A stretch of DNA of 64,000 nucleotides from Vampirovibrionaceae bacterium NZW_1234 (GTDB taxonomy: Bacteria; Cyanobacteriota; Vampirovibrionia; Vampirovibrionales; JAGQHJ01): NCBI GenBank assembly GCA_041697335.1, contig JBGUGD010000004.1:64001-128000 (forward strand), given 5' to 3'. The notes below the pieces were generated by a model. The model was not told the DNA's origin and did not search any database. It saw only the letters and a program-made list of their open reading frames with translations. Below are positions 34,499 through 43,383 of the stretch, one piece after another. Position numbers and translations under genes: made by a program. Positions within the stretch are counted from its first letter, which is position 1. Every line of letters starts with the position of its first letter.

Positions 34499-37400
34499 CT
34501 AGCTGACTTTTTCAAGTTTTGTCAAATTCGGATCCAACAGGCGTTTGCCAATGCCCTCAAAATTAATGTTGAGGATCACCTGATCGCCATCCATGGTGAT
34601 AACTCGCTTAATAACGCCCTGGCCATAGCGGGTATGGTAGACCTGCTCACCAGGATGGAAATGTGCTTCGGTAAGTTGTGCCACCACATTTTTGTAGACC
34701 GGAAGCGTGCCATCAGCCGAATCGCTTCCGCTGGTGCTGGCTGATGCCGCCACGGCAGGTTGTCCATCCAGGGTAAAGTCAAGATCCAAGCTCAGCGGAA
34801 TGTCACCCAAGGGAGTGGCTTCGTGGAATTCGGTATCGACTACACCCAAATCAAAGGAGGGCAAAGGTTCATCAGGTCCAAACAATAGATCCAGTGATTC
34901 GTCGTTTGGGGTACTTGTTGCGGGTTCGGATGCAGCAGGGAGCTCTAGGTCGAGAGGAAGTTCCAGGTCATCCAGTACAAAATCCAGGCCGTCTGCGCTC
35001 ATAGTGGTTTTTTCAGAGCTTGGTGACGCTAGAGAAGCCAGGCTTTCAGACAATTCCAGCAGATCTAAATTATCTTGAGCACTCGTCGGTGCGGCGAGAT
35101 TGAGATCCATATCGGGTAAAACTGATAAGTCGAGGTCGAGTGGCTCTTCCGGGTTCATGTTAGCCATCAATGGGTCAGTCCTGTGATCAGCCTCAGGGGC
35201 AATTTCGGCTGGCATGTCCAACGCGGCCGTTAGGTCACCAAAGTCAAATTCGGCTTCTGATAGGCCCAGATCCACTGCCAGTGAAGGCTCTTCCAAGGAA
35301 GGCGTAGCCAGGGGAACTTCCGTATGAGCGGAGGCTTCTATCATCAATTCATCCAAATTAAGTTCCAAGCCTAATTCACCCAAGTCTGATGTTGTTGCCG
35401 ATATCTCCTGGGCTGGCCCCATTTCGACCACGGGTTCGCCTTGCGGTGTGGGACTGACAGAATCAAAATCGAAATCCCCCATATCCAGCTCCAGGCTACC
35501 CAGGATGTCATCGCTCGTAGGAATGGCTTGGTCTTGTGCCATGGAGGGGTTGGATGGGGCTGACCCAATAAGGTCATCCAGGGAGAGATCCAGGTTAAGG
35601 TCATCTCTCAGAAGATTAATTTCTGGTGTTGGCTCAGAAAGGGTCTCTGGTGCTGTCGGTGCAGGTAGCACTGATTCAGGGAAGTCCTCGCTGAAGGAGA
35701 AGGCTTCCCAGTTTTCTGGCACGTTGGATGTTGAGGTCTCTTCGGCAAAGAAATCCGAGGTATCCAGATTAGTATCATTAAAGAAGTTAATTTCCTCAAG
35801 TAAAGCGTTTGTGTCGCTATTGCTGGAAGGAATTTCGGCAGGATGCTCGGGAACATCTTCTGCCATCAGATCAGTGAGTTGCAATTCTTCCGGTATATGG
35901 GTGAGGCTATCGGGCGTTAGTATCTCTGGTAACTCGACTTCCAACGCAGTTGGGTTGTTCAGCCCTTGATTGGTGAGCAGGGTTGTGGGAGGCTCACTGG
36001 GGTCGCTAATGGGACCTTGATCCAAGGCAAATACGGCCTGATTGAGCTCATTGAAATAGGCGGCTTGGGAAGGCTCATCGTTGGTAGCTTCGTTCTGAGG
36101 TTGAAGGGTAATCTCGTCATCCAGTTCCAGGGAAGCAAAGATGTCCATGGGTTCGGCATTGGGGTCGCCATTCGCGTCGACTACGGATTGCTCCAATCCC
36201 AGAAGCTTGCCGAGTTCCTCGCTATCAAAAAGCTGTTCTTCTTCTGATTCCAGAGGGGAAGCCAAGTGTGCTTTCTGCACCACACCCAGTTCCCATTGAT
36301 GCGTGTCTCCTAGGGCATTATTGTGTTCAGATGGAGAGGGCTGGGTATCGGCAGAGTCTTCTTTCGCTTCGGCTGAAGGTTCAAAACGGGACTCTCCGGC
36401 TGAGTGATGAGTGTCTGGGCTCAAATGAATTTGTTCTGTGTCCTCACCTTCTTTTAGTAGGGCATGGAGCTGATCGAATTCCCATTCGCCCGAGGGTGCA
36501 TTCTCCTGGTAGACCTTCTCATAGATCCGAGTTGTGCCGATTTCCATTTCCGCTTCCAGAGACAACTTTTCAGGGTCGGCTTCCAGGTTCTTCTCGTTAA
36601 CGGTTTCCAGAAGGTCAGGGGCCATGGTCGACAAGATGCCGTCTTCCATTTCCAGGATGGTCATATCCCATTCCAGGCTCATATCGGCACTGGTTTCCAG
36701 ATCAGGCAGCATTTCCATGCCTTTGGTAATATTGGGAATCTCTTTTTCTAACAGGCGGTAGAAGCCGGATTGATCGCCCAAAGAGGATTCCATATTGCCA
36801 AACTCGAGATTCCATAAACCTTCCGCATCATCTGTTAATAGATTCAGCTCAGAGTCAATTTGATAGGCTTCACCTGATTCTTCGAGGGTGCTGGGCACTT
36901 GGTTCTCAATCTCAGACGGTTGAGGTGTTGGGGCCTCGTCGTCCAATTCCAAAAGTTGAAAGGGATCAGTCGTGCTGGAGGCAGCACTGGGAGCATCTTC
37001 AGCAATTCGCCAGTCAATACTCAACTCATCCCATTGCTCTGGATCAATTACTTCGGAGGTGGGAAGTGCTGCTGTAGCTTCCGTAAGAGTAGACTCTTGT
37101 GACGGAGTCAAGACAGTAAAGCTGTCTGGATTACTTTCATCACTGGGTAGAAATGAGCCGCTTTCCAGAGATAGAATGGAGTTTTCGGAACCCATTTCCG
37201 ACGACGGGTTAGAGACAATGTCCAAGCTTAAATCGCCGGACATATCTAAGGGAGCTAGAGAAATAGGTTCCAGGGCGTTTAAAGCCTCTGGTTGATATCC
37301 TTCGTGAACCCAGCGGGATTCTAAATCCCCAGTTTCAACCTGTTCAATGGATAAATGCTCCGGTAACTCAGACGGAACAGCTTCATCTGTCATGCTGAGT

Positions 37401-39370
37401 TGAGACTCTACCGGGCTGAGTGTCTCTGGTGACGTTTCCTGAGCCGGTGAGGAACTTCTGTCGGCAAAACCCAAGGGTAGGCTGATGTGATAGTCAAAGA
37501 GATCAATGAAATTGAGTTCACCATGAAGTGCATTCTCTTGTTCATGAAGCTCTCCTGAGGAAACTTCGTCCACCACCTCAGGTGGAATCAGTAACTCCTC
37601 GGGTGGGGGGGCTTCTACAGCCTCAAGTTGGGTGACTGCTGGTGTTAAGAGATTTTCGTAATTAGTATCAGGTTCTACAAACTCGGTTTTCGACTCCAGC
37701 GGTAGTGCACTCAAATCAGGATCTGCTGTCTCAATGGGGGCCAACAGTTGAGGTTCCAATTGCGGTGTTAGAGCGAGATCGTCAAAGCCATTGAATTCAA
37801 TTTCAAGGCCGGATAAGCTGAGTTCTTCCAGGGTAGTAGCTTCTGATGAACCGTCGTGTTGGTGGGCTTCGACCTCAAGCGTTGATTCGGATGCCTCTAC
37901 AAGTGGCTCAACCATAGGATCATCAAGGAGAGGGGCTTGCGCCTCACTATTCTCTTGGATATCAGGGGTGTCCGAGGGAGGGACTAGCTCAGGGAGCGCT
38001 AACGTCGGTTCTTGGTGAAGCAATTCATCGAAGGACAGATCAGGTTGTAAGAAATCATCGGTAAATGAGGACGTATCTTCGTGAACCAAGGGTTCGGCGT
38101 GCTCAGTGGAGAGAGGGCTTGTTGAGGCTATTTCTTCTTCTGGTTCATGGTGATCGGGTATGTCTACCAAGGTCTCTGGTTCAAAAACCGCATGCTCAAG
38201 CATTTCGACCAGTTCCGAGGTAGATGCCTGATCTGGAACGGCGTCAAGGGCCGGCAAGACCTGTTGTGGGATCTCCTGAGGCAGAGGTGCCATTAATGCG
38301 GATTCTGGGATAAACATACTCAGCCCATCCAGCATGGTGCCATGCATGACAATGCCTTCTTCACCAAATTGACGCTGGGACTGCCAATGATCAGTAATCA
38401 AATCTTTCCAGGGCTTATCCGTGGAGCTGATTAGAAAGCTTCTGTATGAGGTTCGCTGTAAAAATTCCGTTAAGTAATGGGACTCGACCTCGGGAGAAAT
38501 AAGCATAATTTGTAGGGTTTGGGGCATTACCTGCCGAGAAACCATTTTCAAGATTCCTTCGTAGGCAATGGGTAAGAGTTCTGGGGGAAGGCCGGAAAAA
38601 TCGATGTGCCAAGCTCCTGAGAACTGCTTTAAAGTTAAGGCTTTATCCGGTGTCGAGGCAAAGAGCCGGTTTTTGTGAAAACTAAAGAGCTGATGCAGGA
38701 TAGCGGCGGAGAGCGGGTGATCTTTGAGCAGCGGGTGGTTCACAAAGTATTGGATTGGAATGAAGCTTGGTGTTGGAGGGACCAGGCTTAAGAGCAGTTC
38801 GGATGCCTGGGCTTGAATGGGTTTTGGGAGTCCATTAATAACCGATTCCAAAAAGGCTGTAATCCCGATTTCCTGGATGGAGAGCTGGGTATTAGAACCA
38901 ATCTTCAGATGGGCAGCCTCTAAGTCCAGGCCTAAAGGGTCCAGAATCAGCATGGGGGTGGAGGCTGCATGAAAGCTGTTAATCAGTCGGCGGTGCAGAC
39001 GATATTCGTTCTGCTCAACAAAGACTACCCGGCCCAGTTTAGACAAATCAAATACCAGAGTGTCAAATGACATGGGGGTTTTAACAGGGATGTGCTCGTA
39101 GATCGAACGATAGAAATCTTGTTGGGAGAGTTGACGCGAGTTCACCACACGCGTGTCCGGGCTTCCAGACACCGGAAGTAAGACGAGCTTCAGGACCTTG
39201 TTATTTCCTGGAACGGGCATTACGGAGTCAATCTGGGTATAAAACCGGCTCCCCATTTCAGTCTCAAATTCAATGAAGTGGCCCGGTTTTGGAAATTCGC
39301 TCCAGTCTGTACAGCTGCCCTCTAGCCTATCCTTCGTCAGTTGGTCAATTGTGACATGTAACGCGGTCAT
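34499..39370 (-). CDS. 1623-aa acidic low-complexity protein with folded N-domain and C-terminal Tudor-like (PcrA/UvrD CTD-like) domain
   Basis: ~1200-aa D/E/L/S/P-rich middle; C-terminus FHPGEQVYHTRYGQGVI...INFEGIGKRLL. Confidence 0.8.
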   Translation of the reverse strand: MTALHVTIDQLTKDRLEGSCTDWSEFPKPGHFIEFETEMGSRFYTQIDSVMPVPGNNKVLKLVLLPVSGSPDTRVVNSRQLSQQDFYRSIYEHIPVKTPMSFDTLVFDLSKLGRVVFVEQNEYRLHRRLINSFHAASTPMLILDPLGLDLEAAHLKIGSNTQLSIQEIGITAFLESVINGLPKPIQAQASELLLSLVPPTPSFIPIQYFVNHPLLKDHPLSAAILHQLFSFHKNRLFASTPDKALTLKQFSGAWHIDFSGLPPELLPIAYEGILKMVSRQVMPQTLQIMLISPEVESHYLTEFLQRTSYRSFLISSTDKPWKDLITDHWQSQRQFGEEGIVMHGTMLDGLSMFIPESALMAPLPQEIPQQVLPALDAVPDQASTSELVEMLEHAVFEPETLVDIPDHHEPEEEIASTSPLSTEHAEPLVHEDTSSFTDDFLQPDLSFDELLHQEPTLALPELVPPSDTPDIQENSEAQAPLLDDPMVEPLVEASESTLEVEAHQHDGSSEATTLEELSLSGLEIEFNGFDDLALTPQLEPQLLAPIETADPDLSALPLESKTEFVEPDTNYENLLTPAVTQLEAVEAPPPEELLIPPEVVDEVSSGELHEQENALHGELNFIDLFDYHISLPLGFADRSSSPAQETSPETLSPVESQLSMTDEAVPSELPEHLSIEQVETGDLESRWVHEGYQPEALNALEPISLAPLDMSGDLSLDIVSNPSSEMGSENSILSLESGSFLPSDESNPDSFTVLTPSQESTLTEATAALPTSEVIDPEQWDELSIDWRIAEDAPSAASSTTDPFQLLELDDEAPTPQPSEIENQVPSTLEESGEAYQIDSELNLLTDDAEGLWNLEFGNMESSLGDQSGFYRLLEKEIPNITKGMEMLPDLETSADMSLEWDMTILEMEDGILSTMAPDLLETVNEKNLEADPEKLSLEAEMEIGTTRIYEKVYQENAPSGEWEFDQLHALLKEGEDTEQIHLSPDTHHSAGESRFEPSAEAKEDSADTQPSPSEHNNALGDTHQWELGVVQKAHLASPLESEEEQLFDSEELGKLLGLEQSVVDANGDPNAEPMDIFASLELDDEITLQPQNEATNDEPSQAAYFNELNQAVFALDQGPISDPSEPPTTLLTNQGLNNPTALEVELPEILTPDSLTHIPEELQLTDLMAEDVPEHPAEIPSSNSDTNALLEEINFFNDTNLDTSDFFAEETSTSNVPENWEAFSFSEDFPESVLPAPTAPETLSEPTPEINLLRDDLNLDLSLDDLIGSAPSNPSMAQDQAIPTSDDILGSLELDMGDFDFDSVSPTPQGEPVVEMGPAQEISATTSDLGELGLELNLDELMIEASAHTEVPLATPSLEEPSLAVDLGLSEAEFDFGDLTAALDMPAEIAPEADHRTDPLMANMNPEEPLDLDLSVLPDMDLNLAAPTSAQDNLDLLELSESLASLASPSSEKTTMSADGLDFVLDDLELPLDLELPAASEPATSTPNDESLDLLFGPDEPLPSFDLGVVDTEFHEATPLGDIPLSLDLDFTLDGQPAVAASASTSGSDSADGTLPVYKNVVAQLTEAHFHPGEQVYHTRYGQGVIKRVITMDGDQVILNINFEGIGKRLLDPNLTKLEKVS

Positions 39371-39445
39371 GGAAATGAATTGTGTAACAGCTCTTTTTAC
39401 TATTTTATACTGTTATCGGTAAAATCACGGGAACTTGAATGGGCA

Positions 39446-40687
39446 ATGACGAATCTGTTGGATTTGCTGGGCGACAAGCATCGTAAGGTTCCGCTGGCCG
39501 AAAGGCTTCGTCCCAAGTCGTTAGCGGAATATGTGGGGCAAATGTCGGTATTGGGTGAGAATGCCCCTCTCAGAAACCTGATTTTGTCGAAGAGTTTAAC
39601 CTCCTTGGTCTTCTGGGGGCCGCCTGGGGTTGGTAAAACCACCTTGGCCCGGTTGATTGCAGAAAATTCCAATGCCCTGTTTATCGAGTTGAGTGCCGTT
39701 TCTTCAGGAATTGCTGAACTTCGTAAGGCAGTGGAATCTGCTAAAGAGGCCCTCAATATGACTCAACGCCAGACGGTGCTCTTTATCGACGAGATCCATC
39801 GCTACAGCAAGACCCAGCAGGATGCTCTATTACCCTATGTCGAGAACGGAACCTTTATTCTGATCGGTTCAACCACTGAGAATCCAAGCTTTCAGGTAAT
39901 TCCGGCCTTGTTGTCTCGGGTATTGGTTGTGCGCCTGGGCTACCTGGAGCGAGTAGAGATTCTTACCTTGTTAAACCGAGGTGTGAGTGAGCTTGGAAAT
40001 CTTTCCATAGATGAGGCGGCCTTATCTTTTGTTGTAGACTATGCCAATGGTGATGGGAGAAGCGCCCTTAACCTATTAGAAACAGCCTACCTGTGTGCCC
40101 CAATCCAAGGCGAAACCAGGCAGGTTGAATTGCCCTTTCTGGAAAAACTGGTTCAGCAGAATCGCTTAAACTACGATCGGGGTGGAGATGAACACTATGA
40201 TCATGCCTCGGCTTACCAAAAAAGTATGCGAGGCTCCGATGCGGATGCCGCCATTTATTGGCTAGGAAAAATGATTTCAGGAGGCGAAGATCCCCGGTTT
40301 ATTGCACGTCGCTTGCTCATCACAGCCGCCGAAGATGTGGGGAATGCAGACCCCATGGCCTTTGTTTTAGCTTCTGCCGCGGCAGAGGCGGTGGATCGCC
40401 TTGGTTTGCCTGAGTGTCGCATCCCGCTGGCGCAGGCGACTATTTATGTGGCTCAGGCCAAGAAGTCCAACCAATCCGTTGTGGCCATAGATGCTGCGAT
40501 GAGTGACATCCAGCACCGGGGAAAGAGTTTTTCAGTCCCGCCACATCTGAGAGATGCGCATTATAAGGATGCTAAAAAGTATGGTCACGGGGTGGGCTAC
40601 ATTTACAGCCATGAGCACCCGGAGCAGCCCCAGACGTTTCTACCCGACCCGTTGATTGGAACAAGCTATGTGGACGAAATTCCATGA
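39446..40687 (+). CDS. rarA: replication-associated recombination protein A (MgsA)
   Basis: PLAERLRP, GPPGVGKTT, FIDEIHR, TTENPSF, KSMRGSD, EDVGNADP. Confidence 0.96.
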   Translation: MTNLLDLLGDKHRKVPLAERLRPKSLAEYVGQMSVLGENAPLRNLILSKSLTSLVFWGPPGVGKTTLARLIAENSNALFIELSAVSSGIAELRKAVESAKEALNMTQRQTVLFIDEIHRYSKTQQDALLPYVENGTFILIGSTTENPSFQVIPALLSRVLVVRLGYLERVEILTLLNRGVSELGNLSIDEAALSFVVDYANGDGRSALNLLETAYLCAPIQGETRQVELPFLEKLVQQNRLNYDRGGDEHYDHASAYQKSMRGSDADAAIYWLGKMISGGEDPRFIARRLLITAAEDVGNADPMAFVLASAAAEAVDRLGLPECRIPLAQATIYVAQAKKSNQSVVAIDAAMSDIQHRGKSFSVPPHLRDAHYKDAKKYGHGVGYIYSHEHPEQPQTFLPDPLIGTSYVDEIP

Positions 40688-41319
40688 GGAGCCCGACTGT
40701 GCAGGAAATTGCCATGACTGAGTTAACCCCAAAGCAACAAATGAAAACCATTATTCTGGCCTCTGGCTCTCCCCGGCGCCGGGAATTGTTAGCGTCTCTT
40801 GGTATTGATTTTGAGGTCATTCCGCCACAGGTGGATGAAAAGAGCTATGATGTAACAGGATTGTCCCCCCGAGAGAAGGTGTTGCACCTGGCTCGGTTTA
40901 AAGGTCAGTCTGTGGCGAGTCAATATCCGGATGCGATCGTCATCTCGGCAGACACCTTAGTGGTTCTGAATGACGAAATCTTGGAAAAGCCTACGGATGA
41001 AGCCGATGCTTTTTCCATGTTGTCCCGTTTGCAGGGGCAGGTTCATACGGTGGAATCGGCTATTGCGGTGTTCTCCAACGGAGAAGTTTATCTTGAGGCC
41101 CTCTCGACCCGGGTCAAAATGCGTGCCCTGACAGAATCTGAAATTCGAAATTACATTGCCACCGGCGAGCCCATGGATAAAGCCGGAGCCTATGCTATCC
41201 AAGGCTACGGCAGTGTTCTGGTGGAGTGGATTGAGGGGTGTTACTTTAACGTGGTGGGGATGTCTATGGTGTTGTTGAACCAGTTGTTTCGCCAAGCAGA
41301 TCTCCGTCTGGTTCTCTAG
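40684..41319 (+). CDS. maf: Maf/YhdE nucleoside triphosphate pyrophosphatase
   Basis: ILASGSPRRRELL, ADT, KP, DKAGAYAIQG. Confidence 0.95.
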   Translation: MRSPTVQEIAMTELTPKQQMKTIILASGSPRRRELLASLGIDFEVIPPQVDEKSYDVTGLSPREKVLHLARFKGQSVASQYPDAIVISADTLVVLNDEILEKPTDEADAFSMLSRLQGQVHTVESAIAVFSNGEVYLEALSTRVKMRALTESEIRNYIATGEPMDKAGAYAIQGYGSVLVEWIEGCYFNVVGMSMVLLNQLFRQADLRLVL

Positions 41320-41336
41320 TTTGGGATTATCTGTAG

Positions 41337-42098
41337 ATGCCTATGCGCTTGGTATCCACCTCCCCCGACAATACGGAAATCCTGTGTGCTTTAGGATTTG
41401 AAGCATCTTTGGTTGGGATCAGTCGGCATTGTGACTATCCACCGGAACTCCAGGACCGTATTGCCGTGGTCTCAGATTTTGCCAAGGCCGATGTTGCCAT
41501 AGTGGAAGCCCTTAAGCCAGATTTAGTGTTCTGTTCTACCTATTACCAGGCTCCCATGGTAGAAGCCCTCGTCTCAGCCCATTGTCGGGTTTTTGTCAGT
41601 CAGCCCAGCTCGATTGCGTCCATTTATGACAATATTCGCTATATTGCCAATCTGTTGGGTGTGCCTGAGCGCGGGTATACTCTTATTGACCAGATGCGCC
41701 AAGGGATGCCGATTCGGCCCAAAACGGGTATTCGGGTGTTTGCCGAAGAATGGGGCGATCCCATCGTACATGCGGCCCCTTGGATTCAGGAGATGGTTAT
41801 GTTGGCAGGTGGGGAACCGGTTCTTGCCGATCGGATGAGTCAGACCCATACCAATGGCCGCATTGTTAGCGCCGAAGAGGTGGTTCAAGCCCGGGCTGAT
41901 ATGGTGCTTTTAAGCTGGTGTGGGGTTCATGGGCGGATTCCGCTGGACAAGGTTCGCCAAAGAGCCGGTTGGGATCAGTTGCCGGCCCTGCAAAAAGGCC
42001 AGCTTTTTCCAGTGGATGACACGTTCTTTGTGCGCCCTGGTCCCAGGTTAGTGGAAGGCTATCAGATGTTGGTCAAACTCTTGGAAACGTGCTCTTAA
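41337..42098 (+). CDS. BtuF-like cobalamin/metal-chelate binding protein
   Basis: RLVSTSPDNTEILCALG, CDYPP, LKPDLV, RPGPRLVEG; no clear signal peptide. Confidence 0.82.
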   Translation: MPMRLVSTSPDNTEILCALGFEASLVGISRHCDYPPELQDRIAVVSDFAKADVAIVEALKPDLVFCSTYYQAPMVEALVSAHCRVFVSQPSSIASIYDNIRYIANLLGVPERGYTLIDQMRQGMPIRPKTGIRVFAEEWGDPIVHAAPWIQEMVMLAGGEPVLADRMSQTHTNGRIVSAEEVVQARADMVLLSWCGVHGRIPLDKVRQRAGWDQLPALQKGQLFPVDDTFFVRPGPRLVEGYQMLVKLLETCS

Positions 42099-42108
42099 CG
42101 CGCAGCGC

Positions 42109-42354
42109 TTATTTGCCCATCAGAAAGTCGCCGTAAAACCCGGTAATGGCCGAGACCAAAAAGAAAAAGCCAACAACCCAAGCTGTTAGTTTCGTTAAGC
42201 CTTCTTCGGCACCACGCTGGCTACTAAACAGCTGTGCAGCGTTCCCAATACCACCAATCCCATCACCTTTTGGTGAGTGAATCAAGACAAGACCAATAAT
42301 AGCAACACTGAGAAGGGCTTGAATGACTTGGAGGATGGTGAGAATCATGAACAC
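42109..42354 (-). CDS. secG: preprotein translocase subunit SecG
   Basis: VLIHSPKGDGIGGIG...FSSQRGAEEGLTKLT. Confidence 0.92.
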   Translation of the reverse strand: MFMILTILQVIQALLSVAIIGLVLIHSPKGDGIGGIGNAAQLFSSQRGAEEGLTKLTAWVVGFFFLVSAITGFYGDFLMGK

Positions 42355-42506
42355 AGCTCCTGTGGTGAAAATGTCTGATCAGGGACTTCTTGGGTATTTA
42401 ACCACAGAAATGAGGTGACGGGAAATAATCCTCGTAAATTTTGCCAGGTTTCGATACAATAAGGCCTACGAGCACACACAAGATCATGGTGGAGGTTCAG
42501 GAAGCG

Positions 42507-43166
42507 ATGTTGAATTTCAGAAAATCTCAAGTGATGGCGGCGTTCGCGTGTTCCGTAGCATTACTAGGTTTGTTGGCTTTGCCCTCGGCTCAGGCCTTGA
42601 AATTAAGTGATTTGGTGAAACAACAACCCCTGATTTATCTCCCCAGCCAGATTATTCCTGGTCGTTCGGCAACTTTTACCGTTAAAGGCAGGCCCGGACA
42701 TCATGTGCGGTTATTTTTATCTTCCCAGTCTAAAGGAAAGGTTCTCAACAACGGTGTTGAACTGAGAGTCGGGAAGCCTACCCTGGAAGCCGAGGCCGTG
42801 ATCCCGGCTAGTGGGGTTGTGGACATTAGGGTTGAGATCCCCAAAAAACTCGAAGAGATCGCAGAAAAACAATATGTTGATGCCATGGTCTGGAGCGATC
42901 CGAGTGAAGTTGATGCTCAAGGGGCTGATGTGTTTGATAGTACCGGTGTAGCCGAAGGTAAAAACATTGTCATGATTGGGCAGGAAGCAGATCCCGGGAG
43001 CACATTGATTATTCCGGGCGAGGGCGATGCTGTTGGCTTGATGCGCTCTTTAGGTCAGCTCAACGATGTGAAGGGCGATCCTCGCAAAAAAGCTTTGATC
43101 GATACGGGGAATATCAATCAGGAACGTCAGCTGGATAAGACTCTTGGTGTTCGAGGCGGTCGATAG
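42507..43166 (+). CDS. secreted hypothetical protein
   Basis: Signal peptide ending AQA; beta-rich mature region. Confidence 0.75.
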   Translation: MLNFRKSQVMAAFACSVALLGLLALPSAQALKLSDLVKQQPLIYLPSQIIPGRSATFTVKGRPGHHVRLFLSSQSKGKVLNNGVELRVGKPTLEAEAVIPASGVVDIRVEIPKKLEEIAEKQYVDAMVWSDPSEVDAQGADVFDSTGVAEGKNIVMIGQEADPGSTLIIPGEGDAVGLMRSLGQLNDVKGDPRKKALIDTGNINQERQLDKTLGVRGGR

Positions 43167-43383
43167 CGTATTGACAGCTTTATATTGTCTTGCGAGTTAT
43201 AAGATATTGCCAGGCAAACCTTTGAACCAGGTGCTCTAAAGGCTCCGTATCAGTTCCCCTTGTCCACACGCTGTCTAGCCCACACGTCACATAACAAGAA
43301 AAGTGGTATACCTGCCATTCAAAGGCACTGTTTGGAAGTATTGGGCAACGCGGATCTTTAAGAGGGCGAGCCAATGACTGAGT

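Noticed and set aside
41280..41340. Cobalamin riboswitch before the BtuF-like gene
   Set aside because: Only 17 nt separate it from maf; no B12 box
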